64,000 bases of DNA from Nannocystis bainbridge (GTDB taxonomy: Bacteria > Myxococcota_A > Polyangia > Nannocystales > Nannocystaceae): the NCBI RefSeq assembly GCF_028368995.1, contig NZ_JAQNDL010000005.1, positions 512,001-576,000 of the forward strand, written 5' to 3'. A program made the position numbers and the translations under genes. The notes beneath the pieces were generated by a model. That model was not told the origin of the DNA, did not search any database, and worked only from the letters and a program-made list of their open reading frames with translations. Positions within the stretch are counted from its first letter, which is position 1; each line of letters opens with the position of its first letter. Shown piece after piece: positions 59,109-64,000 of the stretch.

Positions 59109-61052
59109 TCAGAGGCCGTTGGGGATCACCGTGAGCGTCGCGGAGCCCTTATTGGTCAGGATGAGGTCGTCGTAACCGTCGACGTTCAGGTCGGCGACGG
59201 CGATCGCGTTGAGCCCGGGCGAGACGCCCGTGGCGACCAGGGGCGCCGCGGTGAAGGTGCCGGTGCCGGTGCCGGTCATGGGATACACGCCGCCGGCGGC
59301 CGTGGTGTAAAGGATGTAGGCGTCGAGCTTGCCGTCGCCGTTGAAGTCGCTGGCCACGACCCCCAGCGCCGAATTGGCGATCGCGCCGGCGCCGGTGGAG
59401 GATTGCACTCCGTTGGCGAAGGTGCCGTCGCCATTGCCCTTGAAGAAGTAAAGGTACGCGCCGGCGGCCCCGTTGGCGAGGATGTCGAGCTTGCCGTCGC
59501 CGTCGGCGTCGCCGAAGGCGAGGCCCGCGGTCTGGCCGTTGAGGGCGTTGGCATAGGAGACCGGGGCGGCGAACGTGCCGTCGCCCTGATTGACGAGGAT
59601 CGACAGGCGCGCCGAGCTGGGGCTGGTCACCACGAGGTCGAATTGGCCGTCGCCGTCGAGGTCACGGCAGGCGATCGTCGACTGCACGCCGCCGGTCGCC
59701 GGGATGGTGATGAGCACGGGCGCGCCGAAGGTGCCGGTGCCGGTGCCGGGGATCACGCTCACCTGATTCGAGGTCACGCTGGTGGTCGCGATGTCGATCG
59801 CCCCGTCCTTGTTGAAGTCGGCGGCGCAGAGGTGGACCGAGCCCGTGGCGCCGGTGGTGAACGGCGCCGGCGCCCCGAAGGTACCGGGCGCGTCCGGGCC
59901 GAGGTTGCGATAGACGCTGAGGTTGCCCTGGATCGCCGGCAGGTTGGTCTGGCCGTCGACGGTGACGGCGTCGAGCCAGCCGTCGCCGTCGAAGTCCGCC
60001 GCGACGACCGCGTTGCTCGACAGCGGCGCGCCGGCGTAGTTGACCTCCGCCTGCACGGTGGCGTCGCCGTTGCCGCGATAGACGGAGAGCGAGCCGGAGG
60101 GGGTCATCGGCGAGCCGGACTCGGCGTTGGCGACCAAGATGTCGAGCTTGCCGTCCTTGTCGATGTCGGCGACCGCGGGGGCCAGCGGGGTGTGCGTCGC
60201 GGGCACGTCGATCGGCTCGCCGGGGACCTGGCCGACGGGCGGCGGCTTGCATTCGCCGTTGGTGCAGATATCGTTCGCCGCGCACGGATCGCCGCAGGCG
60301 TTGCAGTGGTCGGCGTCGCTCTGGAGGTTGACCTCGCAGCCGTCGACCGGGTCCGCGTTGCAATCGCCGAGGGTGCCGGTGCAGGCGTCGCAGTCGGTTC
60401 CCGTATAGGTCGGGGCGCACTCGCAGGTGTAGCCATTGATGGCGTCGGAGCAGGCGCCGCCGTTCTGGCACGGGTTCGGGGCGCAGTCGTCGATGTCGGT
60501 CTCGCAGTTCGCTCCGGTGAATCCAGGGGCGCACTCGCAGGTGTAGCCATTGATGCCATCGACGCAGGCGCCGCCGTTCTGGCAGGGGTTCGGCTCGCAG
60601 TCGTCGATGTCGGTCTCGCAGTTCGCTCCGGTGAACCCGGGGGCGCACTCGCAGGTGTAACCGTCGACGCCGCCCTCGATACAGGCGCCGTCGTTGAGGC
60701 AGGGGTTTGGAGCGCAGACGTCGGGGTCGGTCTCGTGGGTGTCGCTCGAATCGGTGACCAGCGTCGTGCTGCTCGTGCCGGTCGTCGGGTCCACGGGCTC
60801 GGTCGTGCTGGTGCTCTCGCTCGAAGCCGTGGCGTCGCTGCTGGAGGTCGTCGGGCCGTCGCAGCCGGCGCTGCTGCAGGTGCTCGAGTCCGGCGCCGTG
60901 GTCGAACCGTCGGTGGTCGTCGTCGTGGTCCCCGTCTCGGTCTCGGTCGCCGAGGTGGCGGGGGTGTCGGATCCGCAGGCCGCGCTCCCCAGTCCGAGCA
61001 GGAGCAGCAGGTATTTGTCGAAGGCACGGCTCTTGGCTTCAAAACGACGCAT
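59109..61052 (-). CDS. Lipoprotein with three calcium-binding EGF-like repeats and FG-GAP/VCBS beta-propeller
   Basis: DIDDCxPNPCQNGGACxDxINGYTCECAPGFTGANC; repeated D(F/L)(N/D)xDGxxD motifs. Confidence 0.92.
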   Translation of the reverse strand: MRRFEAKSRAFDKYLLLLLGLGSAACGSDTPATSATETETGTTTTTTDGSTTAPDSSTCSSAGCDGPTTSSSDATASSESTSTTEPVDPTTGTSSTTLVTDSSDTHETDPDVCAPNPCLNDGACIEGGVDGYTCECAPGFTGANCETDIDDCEPNPCQNGGACVDGINGYTCECAPGFTGANCETDIDDCAPNPCQNGGACSDAINGYTCECAPTYTGTDCDACTGTLGDCNADPVDGCEVNLQSDADHCNACGDPCAANDICTNGECKPPPVGQVPGEPIDVPATHTPLAPAVADIDKDGKLDILVANAESGSPMTPSGSLSVYRGNGDATVQAEVNYAGAPLSSNAVVAADFDGDGWLDAVTVDGQTNLPAIQGNLSVYRNLGPDAPGTFGAPAPFTTGATGSVHLCAADFNKDGAIDIATTSVTSNQVSVIPGTGTGTFGAPVLITIPATGGVQSTIACRDLDGDGQFDLVVTSPSSARLSILVNQGDGTFAAPVSYANALNGQTAGLAFGDADGDGKLDILANGAAGAYLYFFKGNGDGTFANGVQSSTGAGAIANSALGVVASDFNGDGKLDAYILYTTAAGGVYPMTGTGTGTFTAAPLVATGVSPGLNAIAVADLNVDGYDDLILTNKGSATLTVIPNGL

Positions 61053-61324
61053 GACCTCGACAGGGTCACACCCGCAGTCTGCGGGGGATACGAGCAATCC
61101 CGCGCGACCTACGGCGTGTCGTCGCCACGGACGGGCCAGTCCGCCCCGGCCCGGGTGCCTGGCCCGGGCGACGCACGCGAGCAGGTGCTCCGCGTTATCG
61201 CCGCACGAGTTCCAAAAAAAATTACGCGTGACCTTGATCATCGCCCGGTAGTGCGCCGCTCCAAGATCTCCGGCCGCGGCGGCTCGGGGTCGCCCTATCC
61301 ATCGCGTGATGTTATGAAGTCTGG

Positions 61325-61948
61325 ATGATGCGTGGCCGCCTCCTGGGTCTGTGCCTGGTTGCCTGTCAGGCCGGAGCCCCGGAGGCGGAGCCCGGGGCAC
61401 AGGGCGTCGCCTCGGCTGCGGATGCGTCGACCGAGGAGCGACGGCGAACGCGAGTGCTCGGGTTCTTCGACGACGTCGCCGATCGCATGGTCGAAGCCGT
61501 CCGGCAGGTGTCAGCGACGAAGCCGAAGAGCCGGGTCGCGTACGTCGAGGCGCTCGCGCTCGCCACCCCGGCGGCGATGCCGTTGCACGCCGACCTGGTC
61601 GAGAAGTGGCAGACGAACATGCTCGAGGTGGGAGCCGCGATGCTCGAGCCCGGGTTCCAGGAGGCGATGCTGAAGAACCTTCAGCCCAGGCTGGAAGCGG
61701 CGATGAAGGAGGTCGCGGCCCCGAGCCTGTCGGAGGTCGATGCCACGGACTGCACGCGGCTCGCCCGGCGACTGGTGGAGCTGGCCGGCGAGGGGCGGAC
61801 GATGAAGGGCATGCTGGCCGTGCTCGCGCCCGCTTTTCTACCCTGCGCGCCGGTCCTGCCGCCCGAGGTCGCCGCCTGCCAGCCGACCGGCCGGATGTCG
61901 CTCGCGGCGTACGACGCGTGTGTCGCGGCCGAGACTCCAGCGCCCTGA
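61325..61948 (+). CDS. Hypothetical lipoprotein
   Basis: LVAC lipobox; helical body. Confidence 0.65.
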   Translation: MMRGRLLGLCLVACQAGAPEAEPGAQGVASAADASTEERRRTRVLGFFDDVADRMVEAVRQVSATKPKSRVAYVEALALATPAAMPLHADLVEKWQTNMLEVGAAMLEPGFQEAMLKNLQPRLEAAMKEVAAPSLSEVDATDCTRLARRLVELAGEGRTMKGMLAVLAPAFLPCAPVLPPEVAACQPTGRMSLAAYDACVAAETPAP

Positions 61949-62044
61949 GCACGTGGACCCGGGACGGAACGCGTGGGAGGCCCCTCCGCGCTCGTTGCGC
62001 CGTTGTCGCTGGACCACGAGCGCGTAGAATGCTCGGAGACCTGC

Positions 62045-62881
62045 ATGGTTCGTGCAATCCGAATACCCGCAATCGTCGCGCTGATCGGCGCACTCGCGGG
62101 CTGTCGCACCGACGCGGGGATCCAGGCACCCGCGCGACAGCCCGCGAACATGAAGGCCACGCCGGCGCCCGCCGCTGGCGACGAGCCTGTCTCTTCGACC
62201 ATGTGCAGCGATTCTGCGGCGTTCGTTCGCTACGACTGGATCCCCGGCAACGCCCTCCGCCTGCTCGCCGTGCGCTTGCAAGCGCCAGAATTGCCCCGAT
62301 CGCTCGCCACGCTCGCCGGGCTGCGCTCGGGGATCTTCGTCGACGCGCCGACGCGCGCCTTCATCGGCCGCTTCGAGGCCGAGCTCCCGGCGCTACCGAC
62401 AGCCCTCGAGGCGCTCGGGCTGCGTCTGGACGAGGTCGTGTTCGTGTCGACGACCACCGACCTCGAAGGCTGGGCGCTCCCTGACGGTTGTGACGGCGAC
62501 GGGCTTGCTCGACTCGCGGCGATGCACGGCCTCGCGGTGCGACACAGTGAAGCGCGTGAGCCGGTGGACTTCGTCGAGCTCCCGAACCTGGGGTACACCC
62601 TGCTGCGGTCGCGCCTGGGCGGCCCGCTGTGGCTCGCGCGCACCGAGGCCGCGGGCGGCTGGCGGGCCAACCTCGGCAGCATCGTGTTCACCGGCTTCAG
62701 CGAGTGGCTCGATGCCCGCAAAGTCGACACCCTGCGCCTGTCGACCTCCGACCCGCCGCCGGCCTCGGGCTACGGCGGCATCACCCAGCGCTTCTTCGCC
62801 ATCACCGGCAGCGACCTCGCGACGGCTTCGTCGCACTCGCTGGTCGCAGTGCCCGATCGGGCCCGCGATCCGAAGCCGTGA
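62045..62881 (+). CDS. Hypothetical lipoprotein
   Basis: MVRAIRIPAIVALIGALAGC lipobox. Confidence 0.65.
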   Translation: MVRAIRIPAIVALIGALAGCRTDAGIQAPARQPANMKATPAPAAGDEPVSSTMCSDSAAFVRYDWIPGNALRLLAVRLQAPELPRSLATLAGLRSGIFVDAPTRAFIGRFEAELPALPTALEALGLRLDEVVFVSTTTDLEGWALPDGCDGDGLARLAAMHGLAVRHSEAREPVDFVELPNLGYTLLRSRLGGPLWLARTEAAGGWRANLGSIVFTGFSEWLDARKVDTLRLSTSDPPPASGYGGITQRFFAITGSDLATASSHSLVAVPDRARDPKP

Positions 62882-63027
62882 CCGCTCGGGCCGCGGTGAT
62901 GGAGGCAGGCGCGCTCGGCTTCGACGCGGGCGATGGGCCGGGCACGCGCATCCACCCGGATGGGTGAGCGCCGCCGACAAGCAGCGGACAGCGCGATGAA
63001 TCGATGGTATGACGGGCGTCGTCGCCC

Positions 63028-63825
63028 ATGCCTGCTGCCATCGAAGCGATCGCGCGATACATCGATCACCTCGAAGATCGGGCATGGATCGAGCGACTCG
63101 TCGAGAGACACGGTGTGCCGCAGGTGCTTCGAGGCATCTCGGAGCTGGTCGAGCACGGGGCACCCGGCCCGGCTCACAACGCCCTGACGCTCGCGCGGGA
63201 CCTCGGCGTCCACGGCATCGTCGACCGGGACCTGACATCGCAGGTGCGAGCCGAGATGCCCACGCTGCTGTTCCCCGCGTTGCAGCGCGGCCTGCGAGCG
63301 ACGGCGTACGCGGTCCGGGCCGGCGTCGTGTATACGATCGGCAAGCTCAGCTTCGACGATCAGGCGCAGCTCTTGCGAGACGCCTTCGAGCAGTCCCTGG
63401 ATCGCGATCCGCTGCTGCTCCCGCGGATCGTCTTCGAGCTCCACTGGCTGATGCCTGGCCCGGACTGGTCCTACGTCCATCGCCTCACGGCGGCGCCGCA
63501 CCGTCTGATCCGCTGGTCCGCGCTCGCAGCCGTCGAGGCCTACCCCTGCGCGCCGGGGGATGACGCGTTCGCGCAGAAGCGGCAGACGTACGAGCGTCTG
63601 GCGACGGACCCCTTCGAGCCGCTCGCCGCGGAGAGTCGCCATCGTCTGGCCGCGCTGCTGCGAGGGACCGAAGAGCACGGCTCGCACCAGCTCGTGGAGC
63701 CCGGTCTGACCTTCGAGGCCGTCGAGCTCCGCTTCACGAACACTCTGCCGCCCGCCGCGGACTACACGCTCGAGCAGCTCGATGCATTCGTCGACTCGCT
63801 GACGCCGCGCCAGCGCGACGATTGA
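63028..63825 (+). CDS. Hypothetical HEAT-like helical repeat protein
   Basis: VRAGVVYTIGKL, LIRWSAL, LATDPFEPLA HEAT-like segments. Confidence 0.6.
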   Translation: MPAAIEAIARYIDHLEDRAWIERLVERHGVPQVLRGISELVEHGAPGPAHNALTLARDLGVHGIVDRDLTSQVRAEMPTLLFPALQRGLRATAYAVRAGVVYTIGKLSFDDQAQLLRDAFEQSLDRDPLLLPRIVFELHWLMPGPDWSYVHRLTAAPHRLIRWSALAAVEAYPCAPGDDAFAQKRQTYERLATDPFEPLAAESRHRLAALLRGTEEHGSHQLVEPGLTFEAVELRFTNTLPPAADYTLEQLDAFVDSLTPRQRDD

Positions 63826-64000
63826 GGCCGCATACGGCGCCCCCAGGACAGCGCCACAGTCCTTCTTGATCTTTCGCCTGCGCGAGCTCGCCGGCCCGCA
63901 CGCGAGCGCACCAGACATCCTCCTTCGCGCATCCGGGTCACGTCGGACCTGGCCTCGAAGCCATGGGAATGGTCCCGCGGTCCGATCCGCGACCGACGAC

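Noticed and set aside
1-64000. tRNA/rRNA genes, integrase or prophage
   Set aside because: No recognisable T-loop, rRNA, integrase or phage structural signatures by eye; a covariance-model scan would be needed to exclude them.

Overview
Very GC-rich bacterial DNA. The gene content points to a myxobacterium, most likely Nannocystis-like (inference): many Thr/Gly-linker Cys-rich lipoproteins, a DUF1592/DUF1552 pair, ECF sigma factors and WGR/SMI1 proteins. About 55 plausible CDSs. They include pepN, a cytochrome P450, two LysR regulators, two YtcJ-like amidohydrolases (one in an amidohydrolase-AlgE-YcaC-XapX-MFS operon), three sigma-70-family factors and an EGF/FG-GAP lipoprotein. I recognised no rRNA, tRNA or CRISPR array. 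The most notable unexplained signal is a dispersed repeat family at about 10 loci: palindromic octamers GACA(T/G)GTC and variants set at a fixed 14-bp period. Their 6-nt spacers are often cUUCGg or cGNRAg tetraloops. Copies sit mostly between convergent genes, and one lies inside a reading frame. Also notable are an aldo-keto reductase + polynucleotide-kinase + HAD-phosphatase fusion, two IS66 tnpA relics, a frameshifted lipoprotein gene and a relic of a hybrid kinase. All product calls come from motifs read by eye; no database searches were run.
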